A stretch of DNA of 32,000 nt from Acholeplasma laidlawii PG-8A (GCF_000018785.1 NC_010163.1:840001-872000); one strand, 5' to 3'. Shown: positions 19,674 through 29,384, numbered from the stretch's first letter. Numbers and translations: made by a program. Notes: generated by a model not told the origin, from the letters alone.

Positions 19674-19850
19674 AATGATATAATTCGCGGTGCCACCTTA
19701 GTTCCAGATAAACTGGCCCTCATAATGTGTTTTTAGTCTCTAAAGTTGTCCCATGACTTCTATCTCATGTGATTCTTTCACCTGTTTGTGAATCACTCGC
19801 TTGTATTTTAAAGATATAAACATCACTTTTTCTTTGTCTTCGACCTATTT
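19644..19850 (-). promoter_or_regulatory. T-box riboswitch leader upstream of GNAT-hisS-aspS
   Basis: Minus strand carries the T-box motif AAGGTGGCACCGCG (19699-19686), an AGCGAG...AGGTGAAA stem I apex, and a downstream terminator CGTCCTTA/TAAGGGCG + GTTTTTT (19673-19644). The 5' boundary is approximate. Confidence 0.9.
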
Positions 19851-19896
19851 AATTTGTAATATATTTTATCATTTTATGATATATTTAGCAATCTAT

Positions 19897-20964
19897 TTAT
19901 AGATGTTCATTAATTTTCTTAATACTACTTTTGATATTATCTTTATAATATTGCATCGTTACTTCTAATACAACTTGGAACGGTACTGATAGTATGGCAC
20001 CGATGATGCCAAAGAAAGCTTGACCTAATAAAACAAATGCAATGGTTGATATTGGGTTTAAGTTGAGTTTTGTTTGATAAATTTTAGGATTAATCACATA
20101 CGCATCAAGTTGAGGGAATATCAACATAAATATACCAATGGCAATCATGCCATATGCAGCACTTGGTACAGTCATAACAATAACAGCTGTAAATAAGATA
20201 GAGAAATATCCACCAAAATAAGGTATTAAAGATAACACTGCCGCTACAAGTGGTACAAATACTAAAAACTCAGGGAAGAATATGGATAATATGAGCATTA
20301 ATGTACCATATTCAAGCGCTTGGATCGCTGCAATAATGATTTCAGCAACTAAATAATTCGTTAATTCATTATCTAAAGTACGAACAAAACTTACAGTCTT
20401 AGGCTTCACAGTTATAGTTAAATATTCTTTAATACGTTGACGTATTCTAGGGAAATTAAGTAAGAAGATAATACCTACGACAATCACTACAGCACCACTA
20501 ATAATTGTGTTCCAAACTTGACCCACCGTACCACCGCTTGCTGTAAAGAAATTCGTAATTTCAATAATAATTTCATCAACTAAGCCAATGATATAACTTG
20601 ACATGGAGGTTGTATCTACATTTAGAATATCACCGATTTCAATCATAATATTTTCAATACCGACTGAAATATTACCAATACTGTCAACTGCTGGTTTTAA
20701 AACTCCCCAGATTAAATATACAAAGAATATAGTGACTATTGTATATACAATTAAGATACCAAGCCATCTAGGTATTTTATATTTTTGTAATAAATTGATC
20801 AACGGATTTAAGATATATGCAAGTGTAAATGCAATAATTAATGGAAGTAAGGCACTAAAGGCTTGCCCTAAATAACCTGAGATGTTTGGCAAAACAAAAA
20901 TAGCAAGTATGATTATTAAGAGTAATAATAGTATATTTACTAATTTAAAGTTTACCTTTTTCAT
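19897..20964 (-). CDS. AI-2E family transporter (PerM/YtvI-like permease)
   Basis: Multi-TM protein: LLPLIIAFTLAYILNPLINLL, VPLVAAVLSLIPYFGGYFSILFTAVI, NPISTIAFVLLGQAFFGIIGAILSVPF. Confidence 0.88.
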   Translation of the reverse strand: MKKVNFKLVNILLLLLIIILAIFVLPNISGYLGQAFSALLPLIIAFTLAYILNPLINLLQKYKIPRWLGILIVYTIVTIFFVYLIWGVLKPAVDSIGNISVGIENIMIEIGDILNVDTTSMSSYIIGLVDEIIIEITNFFTASGGTVGQVWNTIISGAVVIVVGIIFLLNFPRIRQRIKEYLTITVKPKTVSFVRTLDNELTNYLVAEIIIAAIQALEYGTLMLILSIFFPEFLVFVPLVAAVLSLIPYFGGYFSILFTAVIVMTVPSAAYGMIAIGIFMLIFPQLDAYVINPKIYQTKLNLNPISTIAFVLLGQAFFGIIGAILSVPFQVVLEVTMQYYKDNIKSSIKKINEHL

Positions 20965-20967
20965 GTT

Positions 20968-21411
20968 TTAATCCCCTATTTCATACATTAAATTAAATGG
21001 ACCTATATAAGTTGCATCAATGACCATGTGTGCACCAAATACACCCGTTTGAACCTTGTAACCTAGTTTTCTTAATTTCTCTACAAAAGATTCATAAAGT
21101 ACTTCAGCTAATTCAGGTTTTGCTGCTTTAGTAAAACTCGGACGATTATTGTTTGTGACATCACCATATAAAGTAAACTGTGAGACCACTAATATTTCTT
21201 GTTTATCTTTGTCAAGTTTCAAGTTTAGTTTATCATTTTCATCATGATAAATACGTAAATTTGATAACTTTGTTAAACATTTATCCACTAAAGCTTCTGT
21301 ATCGGTGTCTTTGACACCAAAATAGACGACATAACCCTCTTTAATTGAAGAAATTAATTTGTCTTCTACCGTCAGTGTTGCTTTAGATACTTTTGTAACT
21401 AACATTCTCAT
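20968..21411 (-). CDS. dtd: D-aminoacyl-tRNA deacylase
   Basis: MRMLVTKVSKATLTVED...YVVYFGVKDTDTEA, EILVVSQFTLYGDV...RPSFTKAAKPE, VQTGVFGAHM (GxFGA variant of the GxFGAxM region). Confidence 0.93.
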   Translation of the reverse strand: MRMLVTKVSKATLTVEDKLISSIKEGYVVYFGVKDTDTEALVDKCLTKLSNLRIYHDENDKLNLKLDKDKQEILVVSQFTLYGDVTNNNRPSFTKAAKPELAEVLYESFVEKLRKLGYKVQTGVFGAHMVIDATYIGPFNLMYEIGD

Positions 21412-23582
21412 ATAATTTCACGCTCTACATAATATACTTGAGGTACTTTTTGAATGTTTAGGATTAATAAATCAAGTTCTCTTTTTTCTTTTAAAGTCAC
21501 TTTTAATTTAATAATGCTTTCAAGTTCATGACTAGTAATTGCAGAAACTTCAGCAATTGCTATACCACTTGAATTTGCAGTCTGAATAATTTCAGTTAAT
21601 AAACCATTTCTCGTTGTACCTTTAATTTTGATCCAAGTTGCATATTTTCTATTAATATTTGTACCCCAATATGCTGGAATTAATCGGTTTTTATCATATT
21701 GTTGTAAGTTGATACAGTGTTGTGCATGGACAACAATACCGCTACCCTTTGTAACATAACCAGAGATAGAATCACCCGGGATTGGTGTACAACAGTTAGC
21801 AAGTTTTATTTGTGGTGTTGTTAAACCTTCTATAATTACACCCGTATCTGATGTTGCTGTTAATTGTCTTTGTGTACGTTCTATTTGACGCTGAATCAAT
21901 TGTTCTTTTGATATTTCAGGCATCAATTTATTAAGAACTGTTTTTGTAGATACATTACCTTTACCAATTTCAAGGTATAAATCTTGTAAATTGGTAATGG
22001 ATATTTTCTCAAAGTTTTGACGTACCCATTCATCAGTAATTACATCTTCTTTTTTATTCATTAACAACTCTTTATCAAGTAGTTCTTTACCATTTGCTAA
22101 TGTGTATTCATAATTACTCTTATTAATGAAACCTTTAATCTTATGTCTAGCATGTGCCGATTTGGCTATTTTAAGCCAATCTTCACTTGGTCCAGATGAA
22201 TTTTTGTTTGTCTTAATTGCAACAACATCACCTGTTTGAAGTTCATAGTCTAGTGTTACAATACGGTTATTTACTGTTGCACCAACCATTTTATGACCTA
22301 CATCAGTGTGGATTTTATAAGCAAAGTCAATCGGTGTTCCACCACTAGGGATTTCAACGACTTCACCTTTAGGTGTAAAGACATAGACGTTTGCAGAAAA
22401 TATATCAGTTTTAACAGTTTCAACAAACTCTTCTGAGTTTTCACCTTGATCATCTTTATCCTCAGTCATACGCAATAGATCGGCATACCATTTAAGGCGT
22501 GACATCATTTCAAATTGTTCTTTTTCTTTGGAATAAACCTTATTTTCTTTATATGCCCAGTGAGCAGCAATACCATCTTCAGCTACTTTATCCATCTCTT
22601 TTGTACGTATTTGAACCTCAAATAACGTACCATCTGAATGAAGTACGGTTGTATGAAGTGATTGATAAAGGTTTGGTTTAGGTACAGCAATATAATCTTT
22701 AAATCTTTTAGGGATTGGTGTAAAGTGAGCATGGATAATACCTAAGGATTGGTAACATGTCTCAACTTTATCAACGATAATTCGAACTGCTAAAAGATCA
22801 TAAATATCTTCAAAATCTCTCATATCTTTAGTCATCTTTTTATAGATGGAATAGATATTTTTAATTCTACCTTTAATTTCAAAATTAGTTAAATCAGATT
22901 CTTTAAATAATTCTTTAATGTAGTCAATGACGTTATTAATATTACTTTCACGTTCTACTTTTTTAGCTTTGACTAAATTAGATACCTTATAGTACATCGC
23001 AGGATGTACATAACGTAATGCCCTATCTTCTAATTCTGCTTTCCATCTAAAAAGACCGAGTCTGTGAGCAATCGGTGCATATATATCTAAAGTTTCTTTT
23101 GAAATAGCTATTTGTCTATCCGGAGCCATAGAATCCAGTGTTCTCATATTTTGAAGTCTATCCGCGATTTTTATTAAGATGACTCGGATATCTTTAGCCA
23201 TAGCTAAAAGCATTTTTTGTTGATTATCTGTTTGTAATGAATTTTTGAATTGAAGTTTACTTAACTTAGTAACAGCATCTACTAGTGATGCAACATCTTT
23301 ACCAAAGTCTTTTTCAATACCTTCAAGTGTATAATCAGTATCTTCTACCGTATCATGTAGTAGTGCTGCTACTAATGTTTGTGGACCAGCTTCTAGTTCT
23401 GCTAAAATTCTAGCTACTGCAGTAGGGTGGGTAATATAAGGTTCCCCACTCTTACGCATTTGACCTAAATGTTTCTCTTTAGCTACAATATAAGCTTTTG
23501 TGATTAAATTGATATTTGATTCACTTTTAATATAGTGTGAGATATCCTTGATTAATGCTTTATATAGTGCATCGTTCATCAT
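21408..23582 (-). CDS. rel: Bifunctional (p)ppGpp synthetase/hydrolase (RSH)
   Basis: HD hydrolase motif HDTVEDTDYT, synthetase YQSLHTTVLHSDG, TGS domain VYVFTPKGEVVEIPSGGTPIDFAYKIHTDVG, C-terminal ACT domain. Confidence 0.96.
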   Translation of the reverse strand: MMNDALYKALIKDISHYIKSESNINLITKAYIVAKEKHLGQMRKSGEPYITHPTAVARILAELEAGPQTLVAALLHDTVEDTDYTLEGIEKDFGKDVASLVDAVTKLSKLQFKNSLQTDNQQKMLLAMAKDIRVILIKIADRLQNMRTLDSMAPDRQIAISKETLDIYAPIAHRLGLFRWKAELEDRALRYVHPAMYYKVSNLVKAKKVERESNINNVIDYIKELFKESDLTNFEIKGRIKNIYSIYKKMTKDMRDFEDIYDLLAVRIIVDKVETCYQSLGIIHAHFTPIPKRFKDYIAVPKPNLYQSLHTTVLHSDGTLFEVQIRTKEMDKVAEDGIAAHWAYKENKVYSKEKEQFEMMSRLKWYADLLRMTEDKDDQGENSEEFVETVKTDIFSANVYVFTPKGEVVEIPSGGTPIDFAYKIHTDVGHKMVGATVNNRIVTLDYELQTGDVVAIKTNKNSSGPSEDWLKIAKSAHARHKIKGFINKSNYEYTLANGKELLDKELLMNKKEDVITDEWVRQNFEKISITNLQDLYLEIGKGNVSTKTVLNKLMPEISKEQLIQRQIERTQRQLTATSDTGVIIEGLTTPQIKLANCCTPIPGDSISGYVTKGSGIVVHAQHCINLQQYDKNRLIPAYWGTNINRKYATWIKIKGTTRNGLLTEIIQTANSSGIAIAEVSAITSHELESIIKLKVTLKEKRELDLLILNIQKVPQVYYVEREII

Positions 23583-23601
23583 ATAATCACATCCTTTTCA
23601 T

Positions 23602-24117
23602 TTAGTAGTTAATAAGTGTCTTTACATCGTAATTTTTAAGTAATTTTCTTCCTTCTAAATCATCCAACTCGATTAAGAACGCAAGACCTACAACAATACC
23701 ACCTAATTTTTCAACCAATTCTACTGTTGCTTGCATTGTACCACCTGTTGCCAATAAATCGTCAATAATAACAACTCTTTGTCCAGGTTTTACTGCATCT
23801 TCATGTAAAGATAATGAGTTAGAGCCATATTCTAAATCGTAACTCACTGTAACTGATGCTCTAGGTAATTTACCAGGTTTTCTAACTGGTGCAAATCCAA
23901 CACCTAAATTAACTGCTACAGGACAACCAAAAATAAATCCTCTTGCTTCAGGACCTACGATTAAATCTGCTTTTTTTGATCTTGCAAACTCGGTAAATTG
24001 ATCAGATGCATACTTAAATGCTTTACCATCTAACATCAGAGGTGTAATATCTCTAAATAGGATACCTTCTTTAGGAAAATCTTTTACTGCTGCAATATGT
24101 GCTTTTAAATCCATCAT
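23602..24117 (-). CDS. apt: Adenine phosphoribosyltransferase
   Basis: [52 protein letters not shown]. Confidence 0.96.
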   Translation of the reverse strand: MMDLKAHIAAVKDFPKEGILFRDITPLMLDGKAFKYASDQFTEFARSKKADLIVGPEARGFIFGCPVAVNLGVGFAPVRKPGKLPRASVTVSYDLEYGSNSLSLHEDAVKPGQRVVIIDDLLATGGTMQATVELVEKLGGIVVGLAFLIELDDLEGRKLLKNYDVKTLINY

Positions 24118-24310
24118 TATACATCCCTTTTTAAATTGTTAGACTAAACTAAAATTAATCTACATAATATTATATGTTATTTAGCGCTATTTTACAAGAT
24201 TTTAAGACCATTGGTCACAGTATTTAACCTATATGTGATAACCCTCACGAAATTACATAACAACTATTTTCAAGTACCAAACATGATATAATAAATCAGG
24301 AGGATCAATC

Positions 24311-25549
24311 ATGGAACCACTAGCAAGTCGCATGCGACCTAAAAATTTTGATGAAGTATATGGACAAGACCATTTACTAAGTAAACATGGCGTATTAACC
24401 AAAATGATAGAAAAGAAAAAGTACTTATCTTTTATCTTATATGGGCCACCAGGTACAGGTAAAACGACAATCGCAAAACTCTTTTCTGACAAATCCATGT
24501 TAGACACTTATTTTTTTAATGCTTCAACTGACAACAAAGCTAAATTAAAAGATATTTTAGACATGACAGCATATCATGATGTACTTATTATTGTGGATGA
24601 GATTCATCGTATGAAAACAGACATTCAAGACTACCTTTTACCATTTTTAGAAAGCGGTAAGGCCATTATGATTGGTTTAACAACACTTAACCCATATCAA
24701 AGTATTAATATGGCGATTCGTAGTCGTTGTCATTTATATGAAATTAAAGCACTTAGTGATAAAGATATTGAAGCAGCTATACTCAATGCAATTCAATATT
24801 TAGATCATGATATACACCTGACAGATGATGCACTTGCAGCAATCATTAGAGCATCTAATTCTGAAATTCGTTCAGCTCTTAATTTACTTGAAAGTGCCTC
24901 ATTAGTGGTTGATGACGGACAAAAAATTACTTCTAACATCATAAGAAAACTTGCTGGTAAACCTCAACTATCCTTAGATGATCATGAAAACCACTATTTT
25001 GAAATGCTAAGTGCACTTCAAAAATCTATTCGAGGTTCTGATGTAGATGCCTCAATTCACTATCTTGCAAGATTATTAACACTAGGTGATTTAGAAATTA
25101 TTTTTAGAAGATTGATTGTGATTGCATATGAAGATATCGGACTAGCAAACCCTACGATGGGTCAAAAGGTTTTAGCAGCCATTCAAGCTGCTAAAATGAC
25201 AGGATTACCTGAGGCAAGAATCCCTTTATCTGTCATCGTTGTCGACATGGCATTATCTCCTAAATCTAACACTGCTTATAGTGCACTTGATAAGGCTATG
25301 GAAGATTTCCAAAATGGTTTAGCAGGACCGATACCAAAACATATTGATAACAAATATATTAAACAACATCCAGATAGCTACAAATACCCACATAACGATC
25401 CAGGTTCATTAAATAGTCAAACACACTTACCTGATAACTTGCTGGATAAAACGTATTATGTACCTAAAGATGAAAGTGCTTACGAAAAAGCACTAAAAGA
25501 TCGCTTAAAACTCATTGATAGTATCAAAGGGTATAAAAGGAAAGGATAA
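24311..25549 (+). CDS. rarA: Replication-associated recombination protein A (MgsA/RarA AAA+ ATPase)
   Basis: PLASRMRPKNFDEVYGQDHLL, LYGPPGTGKTTIAKLF, DEIHR, LLNLLESA-like ALNLLESA, RLIVIAYEDIGLANP. Confidence 0.94.
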   Translation: MEPLASRMRPKNFDEVYGQDHLLSKHGVLTKMIEKKKYLSFILYGPPGTGKTTIAKLFSDKSMLDTYFFNASTDNKAKLKDILDMTAYHDVLIIVDEIHRMKTDIQDYLLPFLESGKAIMIGLTTLNPYQSINMAIRSRCHLYEIKALSDKDIEAAILNAIQYLDHDIHLTDDALAAIIRASNSEIRSALNLLESASLVVDDGQKITSNIIRKLAGKPQLSLDDHENHYFEMLSALQKSIRGSDVDASIHYLARLLTLGDLEIIFRRLIVIAYEDIGLANPTMGQKVLAAIQAAKMTGLPEARIPLSVIVVDMALSPKSNTAYSALDKAMEDFQNGLAGPIPKHIDNKYIKQHPDSYKYPHNDPGSLNSQTHLPDNLLDKTYYVPKDESAYEKALKDRLKLIDSIKGYKRKG

Positions 25550-25554
25550 TTCTT

Positions 25555-26076
25555 ATGTTAAAAAATAAACATATACTTACAATTGTTTCAAATGATTATG
25601 ATGATTTAGAGTTTCATTATCCACTCATTAGACTTAAAGAGGCAGGTGCAACCGTGGATATTGCATCGGAAATCAAAGGACAAACCTATAAAGGAAAATA
25701 TGGTTTATCTACAGTCAGTGATTTATCTTTTGATGAAGTAGATATCACCAAATATGATGGTATCATCATCCCGGGTGGTTGGGCACCAGATTATTTAAGA
25801 CGCCTACCTAAAGTTCTAGATTTTATAAGATATCTAAATGAACACAAAAAGATTATTGGTAGTATTTGTCATGCAGGTTGGGTTTTATCTAGTGCAGGTA
25901 TCTTAAAAGGTGTCACGCTTACATCAACTCCTGGTATTAAGGATGATATGATGTATGCAGGTGCTACATGGGTTGACAAGCCTGTGGTAGTTGATAAACA
26001 TATCGTTACTGCCAGAAGACCCATAGATTTACCATATTACTTACCTAAACTCATAGAAGCATTATCAAAACAATAA
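25555..26076 (+). CDS. DJ-1/PfpI family protein
   Basis: YDGIIIPGGWAPDYLRR, IGSICHAGWVLSSAGILKGVTLT: nucleophile-elbow Cys in ICHAG and upstream Glu in LKEAGA. Confidence 0.9.
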   Translation: MLKNKHILTIVSNDYDDLEFHYPLIRLKEAGATVDIASEIKGQTYKGKYGLSTVSDLSFDEVDITKYDGIIIPGGWAPDYLRRLPKVLDFIRYLNEHKKIIGSICHAGWVLSSAGILKGVTLTSTPGIKDDMMYAGATWVDKPVVVDKHIVTARRPIDLPYYLPKLIEALSKQ

Positions 26077-26100
26077 AAAAGAAGACTTAGTCTTCTTTTT
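26076..26100. terminator. Bidirectional terminator between the convergent DJ-1/PfpI and RNase J genes
   Basis: AAAAAGAAGAC-TTA-GTCTTCTTTTT perfect stem with runs on both sides. The RNase J stop codon (TTA in + orientation) lies in the loop. Confidence 0.8.
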
Positions 26101-27775
26101 TCATTTCTGTGGATATAATTACTGGTATCGTAATCGGTCTTCTTCTAGCTGTTTGATATACATACTTGGATACTTCATCTCTGATTTGGAGTTTATATTC
26201 ATTCCAATTGATGTATTTACCTTTTAAATGTTTATCGGTTACTTTATCAAAGATTGCTCTAATCTCATCAATCATTGATTCATTTTCATTTAAGTGTACA
26301 AACCCTTTAGATACTATCTTAGGTTCACCTAAAACTTGTTTTTGTTTTGCATTAATGTTTGCAATAATGAGTAACACACCATCTGCTGCGAGTAACTCTC
26401 TATCTCTCATAACAAAGTCATTCACATCGCCAACTGCAGTACCATCAATTAATATTTCAGATGTCTTGATTTCATTTTTTGAGACAAATGGTTCTTTACC
26501 CTTACTTAAATTAACTGCATCACCATTATCAAGTAAGAAAATCTCATCTTCTTTGTAGTTCATTTGTAACGCGAGTTGTTTTACACCATATTGATGACGA
26601 TATTCACCAATGGTTGGAATAATGTATTTAGGTCGAAGTAAATTAATCATCATCTTAATTTCTTCAGCAGTCGCGTGATTAGAAGCTAATAACCTTTTAT
26701 CTACAACTTCAATATTTGCATCACTTCGATATAAAATATCTAGCGTACGTGCTGCCATCTTCTCTGTACCTGGTACAGGTGATGTCATAAGTAAGATAGT
26801 ATCATTTTCACTAATGTGAATTAATCTGTCTTGTTTTCTACACATTCTTTGTAACATATAGAATGGTTCATGACGATTTCCTGTAACTAAGCACACTAGA
26901 TTGTTTGCATCATTTTTATTTTTTTCATCAATAAACTTTAAGTTTACTAGCGCTTCTTTTGGAATTACTAAATATCCTTTTTCAATCGCTATATCAACAA
27001 TACGTTGTGCACGTCTACCTATAATAGCTATTTTCTTATGATGATTTAATGAAATATCTACAATACGTTGAATTTTTTGTAAGTCTGAAGAGAATAAAGA
27101 AACAATAATTCTTCCTTCAGCATTTGCATACACTGAATTAATTTTATGTGTTAATGCATTGTGAATACCACCATCTTGAATTAGTGTTGAGCCTAAAGAC
27201 TCTACTAATAATGCTATCACATTTTTTTGTGCTAAATCGTTAATCTTAGGAAAGTCTGTTTGATAGTTTGGATCGCTGTATTGAGCAAAAGTAAAATCTG
27301 AAGTATATACAATAACACCATCAACCGTATGCAGAGCAATCCCTACTGATTCTGGAATCGAGTGGGTTGTTGAAAAGAAGGTAATTTTTACATTACCAAT
27401 ACGTATAATTGAGTTTTGATCAATTGTGTTTAATGTTAATTGGTTTAAGTCAAAGTTCTTTTCTTTTAAAGAATCTTTTACGACCTCCATAGTAAAAGGG
27501 GTAGCATATATAGGCACATTTAATTCTTTTAAAATGTGTGGTAATGCTCCAATATGATCTTCGTGTGCATGAGATAAAAATATCCCTTTTACACGATCTT
27601 TGATGTTCATAAACATCTTATAGTTTGGTATAATTTCATCAACGCCATACAGTTCTTGGGTCGGATATTTTAGACCGGCGTCCAAAATAAAATATTGTCT
27701 ATCGATATCAACGACATACATATTTTTACCGTTTTCTCCCAATCCACCTAAAGCGAAAAAGCGTATTTCACTCAC
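26087..27775 (-). CDS. rnj: Ribonuclease J
   Basis: GGLGENGKNMYVV, LSHAHEDHIGALPHILK, VYTSDFTF, VTGNRHEPFYML, ASNHATAEEIKMMINLLRPKYIIPTIGEYRH. Confidence 0.95.
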   Translation of the reverse strand: MSEIRFFALGGLGENGKNMYVVDIDRQYFILDAGLKYPTQELYGVDEIIPNYKMFMNIKDRVKGIFLSHAHEDHIGALPHILKELNVPIYATPFTMEVVKDSLKEKNFDLNQLTLNTIDQNSIIRIGNVKITFFSTTHSIPESVGIALHTVDGVIVYTSDFTFAQYSDPNYQTDFPKINDLAQKNVIALLVESLGSTLIQDGGIHNALTHKINSVYANAEGRIIVSLFSSDLQKIQRIVDISLNHHKKIAIIGRRAQRIVDIAIEKGYLVIPKEALVNLKFIDEKNKNDANNLVCLVTGNRHEPFYMLQRMCRKQDRLIHISENDTILLMTSPVPGTEKMAARTLDILYRSDANIEVVDKRLLASNHATAEEIKMMINLLRPKYIIPTIGEYRHQYGVKQLALQMNYKEDEIFLLDNGDAVNLSKGKEPFVSKNEIKTSEILIDGTAVGDVNDFVMRDRELLAADGVLLIIANINAKQKQVLGEPKIVSKGFVHLNENESMIDEIRAIFDKVTDKHLKGKYINWNEYKLQIRDEVSKYVYQTARRRPITIPVIISTEMKKED

Positions 27776-27922
27776 AAATAGTTTTTCCTTTCAGTAACGA
27801 TTTTCAGTTAATATATTATATCATATTTTTTCGGACTCTGCTTAAAAAACATAAATTTTATCTTTATCATGTAAATATATCTTAATTAGTTTATAATAAC
27901 TTTATATAGGAGATTATGCAAA

Positions 27923-28486
27923 ATGAACTACCCAAATAAAAAAAAGCCAATCAAAAATGTTAATAATTACGCTAACCTTGGAATGACTTTAGAATCCGAT
28001 ATAGATTTAACTAATCAGTATTATTTATCTCATCAAATTGCTGTAATTCATAAAAAACCTACGCCTATTCAAGTTGTTAATGTCAGCTATCCTGCTCGTA
28101 ATAAAGCTAAAATTGTTGAAGCTTACTACAGAACACCTTCTACTACCGATTTTAATGGTTTATATAAAGGACGTTATATTGATTTTGATGCCAAAGAAAC
28201 AAATTCTAAAACAAGTTTCCCATTATCCAATGTACATGAGCATCAAGTTAATCATTTATCTGATGTTGATGCTCATGGTGGTATTGCTTTTTTAATCATT
28301 GGATGGTCTCAATATAATGAGTATTACATTTTATTTTTCAAAGATCTCATATCTTTTTGGCAAGCATCAAAACAAGGTGGTAGAAAATCAATTCCTTATA
28401 CTTTCTTCAAGGAAAATTGTCACCAAATACCATTTAGTTATGAACCACGTCTTGATTATCTTAGCATTATAAATAAATTAATTTGA
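27923..28486 (+). CDS. recU: Holliday junction resolvase RecU
   Basis: NYANLGMTLESDIDLTNQYY, TDFNGLYKGRYIDFDAKETNSKTSFPLSNVHEHQVNHL..VDAHGGIAFLIIGWSQYNEYY: RecU nuclease core. Confidence 0.93.
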   Translation: MNYPNKKKPIKNVNNYANLGMTLESDIDLTNQYYLSHQIAVIHKKPTPIQVVNVSYPARNKAKIVEAYYRTPSTTDFNGLYKGRYIDFDAKETNSKTSFPLSNVHEHQVNHLSDVDAHGGIAFLIIGWSQYNEYYILFFKDLISFWQASKQGGRKSIPYTFFKENCHQIPFSYEPRLDYLSIINKLI

Positions 28487-29104
28487 TCCAAACTGTAGTT
28501 TTAATTCTTTAAACTGAGGTAGTGCTAAACTACCAATAATAATGATACTTAATGCAGTGGTTAAGGTATAGATGATATTATATATACCTGAATAGATAAA
28601 TGCATTTTGATTTACATTATCCATTAAGTTTTGTGTAAACTCACTACCTGATGCATAAGCTGCCCAAAGAATTGCTCCTACTATTGTAGATGATAACCAT
28701 CTAATTAATAGTACAACAACCGTAGTGATACTAAACCAAATACGTGAGTCAAGTGCTTTTTTGAAGAATCCACTTAACCCAAGCGCACCAAATGCAACAA
28801 TATAGTCTAAGAAAAAGACTAAGAGTGCTTCACTCAAGTTTGTAGCAAAATAACTTAAGGCATAACCATCATAGAAAAATCCAAATAAACCATAAGTAAC
28901 TGCCCCTACAATGCCGTAAATCGGCCCTAAAAATATACCTATCATTATAATTGGTAATAATGATATGTTAAATAATCTACCACCTAAAGGCATCGATAGA
29001 TTAAGTCCAGGTATCAAACCTGTTATGACATCAAGTGCGATAGCTATCGCTAATAATGTGGATACGATGACCACATTTCTTATCTGAATCCTATTTTGAT
29101 TCAT
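28478..29104 (-). CDS. thiT: Thiamine transporter S component (ECF family, ThiT-like)
   Basis: LNLSMPLGGRLFNISLLPIIMIGIFLGPIYGIVGAVTYGLFGFFYDGYALSYF, 6 TM segments, preceded by a TPP riboswitch. Start at 29104 behind AAGGAGGAAG. Confidence 0.92.
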   Translation of the reverse strand: MNQNRIQIRNVVIVSTLLAIAIALDVITGLIPGLNLSMPLGGRLFNISLLPIIMIGIFLGPIYGIVGAVTYGLFGFFYDGYALSYFATNLSEALLVFFLDYIVAFGALGLSGFFKKALDSRIWFSITTVVVLLIRWLSSTIVGAILWAAYASGSEFTQNLMDNVNQNAFIYSGIYNIIYTLTTALSIIIIGSLALPQFKELKLQFGSN

Positions 29105-29124
29105 ATTTCTTCCTCCTTGGAAAT

Positions 29125-29152
29125 AAAAAAATTTCTTCGGGGCCAAAGAAAT
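29125..29152 (-). terminator. Conditional terminator of the TPP riboswitch expression platform
   Basis: Minus strand ATTTCTTTG-GCCC-CGAAGAAAT (one G-U pair) followed by seven T. Confidence 0.75.
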
Positions 29153-29178
29153 AAAAAGTTAAAAAAATATAATAACTT

Positions 29179-29265
29179 TCCCTCCGCTGGCATCACCCAG
29201 ATCAGGTTTAACGGGTCGACTTGATTAAAGTCCTCTCAGTCCATTACGTGGACTCCCCGAAGTTG
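29179..29265 (-). promoter_or_regulatory. TPP riboswitch (THI element) aptamer
   Basis: Minus strand TTCGGGGAGTCCACG...GGACTGAGAGGA...CGACCCGTTAAACCTGATCTGGGTGATGCCAGCGGAGGGAAAG: canonical CUGAGA, ACCUGAU and GCNNGCG(N)AGGGA elements. Confidence 0.96.
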
Positions 29266-29355
29266 ATCATATACATTATAGCATAACCAAAATAATTCGT
29301 TCTATTTTTGCTTAATATAACTATGAATAATTTTTAATAATTTTTAATAATTTAA

Positions 29356-29384
29356 TTGACAATTATGATAATTGCCCTTATAAT
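29356..29384 (+). promoter_or_regulatory. Consensus sigma-A promoter for the hypothetical-NfeD-SPFH operon
   Basis: TTGACA (29356-29361), 17-nt spacer, TATAAT (29379-29384), preceded by A/T tracts. Confidence 0.85.

Noticed and set aside
19644-19850. A small ORF or repeat element in the long gap between the GNAT gene and the AI-2E transporter gene
   Set aside because: The conserved motifs show that the gap is a T-box leader RNA.
24253-24507. Minus-strand ORF 24253-24507 (84 aa) overlapping the rarA start
   Set aside because: It lies antisense over the conserved rarA N-terminus, so it is a shadow ORF. The SD/start evidence supports rarA on the plus strand.
26166-26558. 130-aa plus-strand ORF inside RNase J
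   Set aside because: Mirror of a conserved RNase J coding sequence, Ser/Leu-rich reverse-frame artefact.
28074-28295. 73-aa ORF in another frame inside recU
   Set aside because: Overlaps the RecU nuclease core entirely, with no SD.
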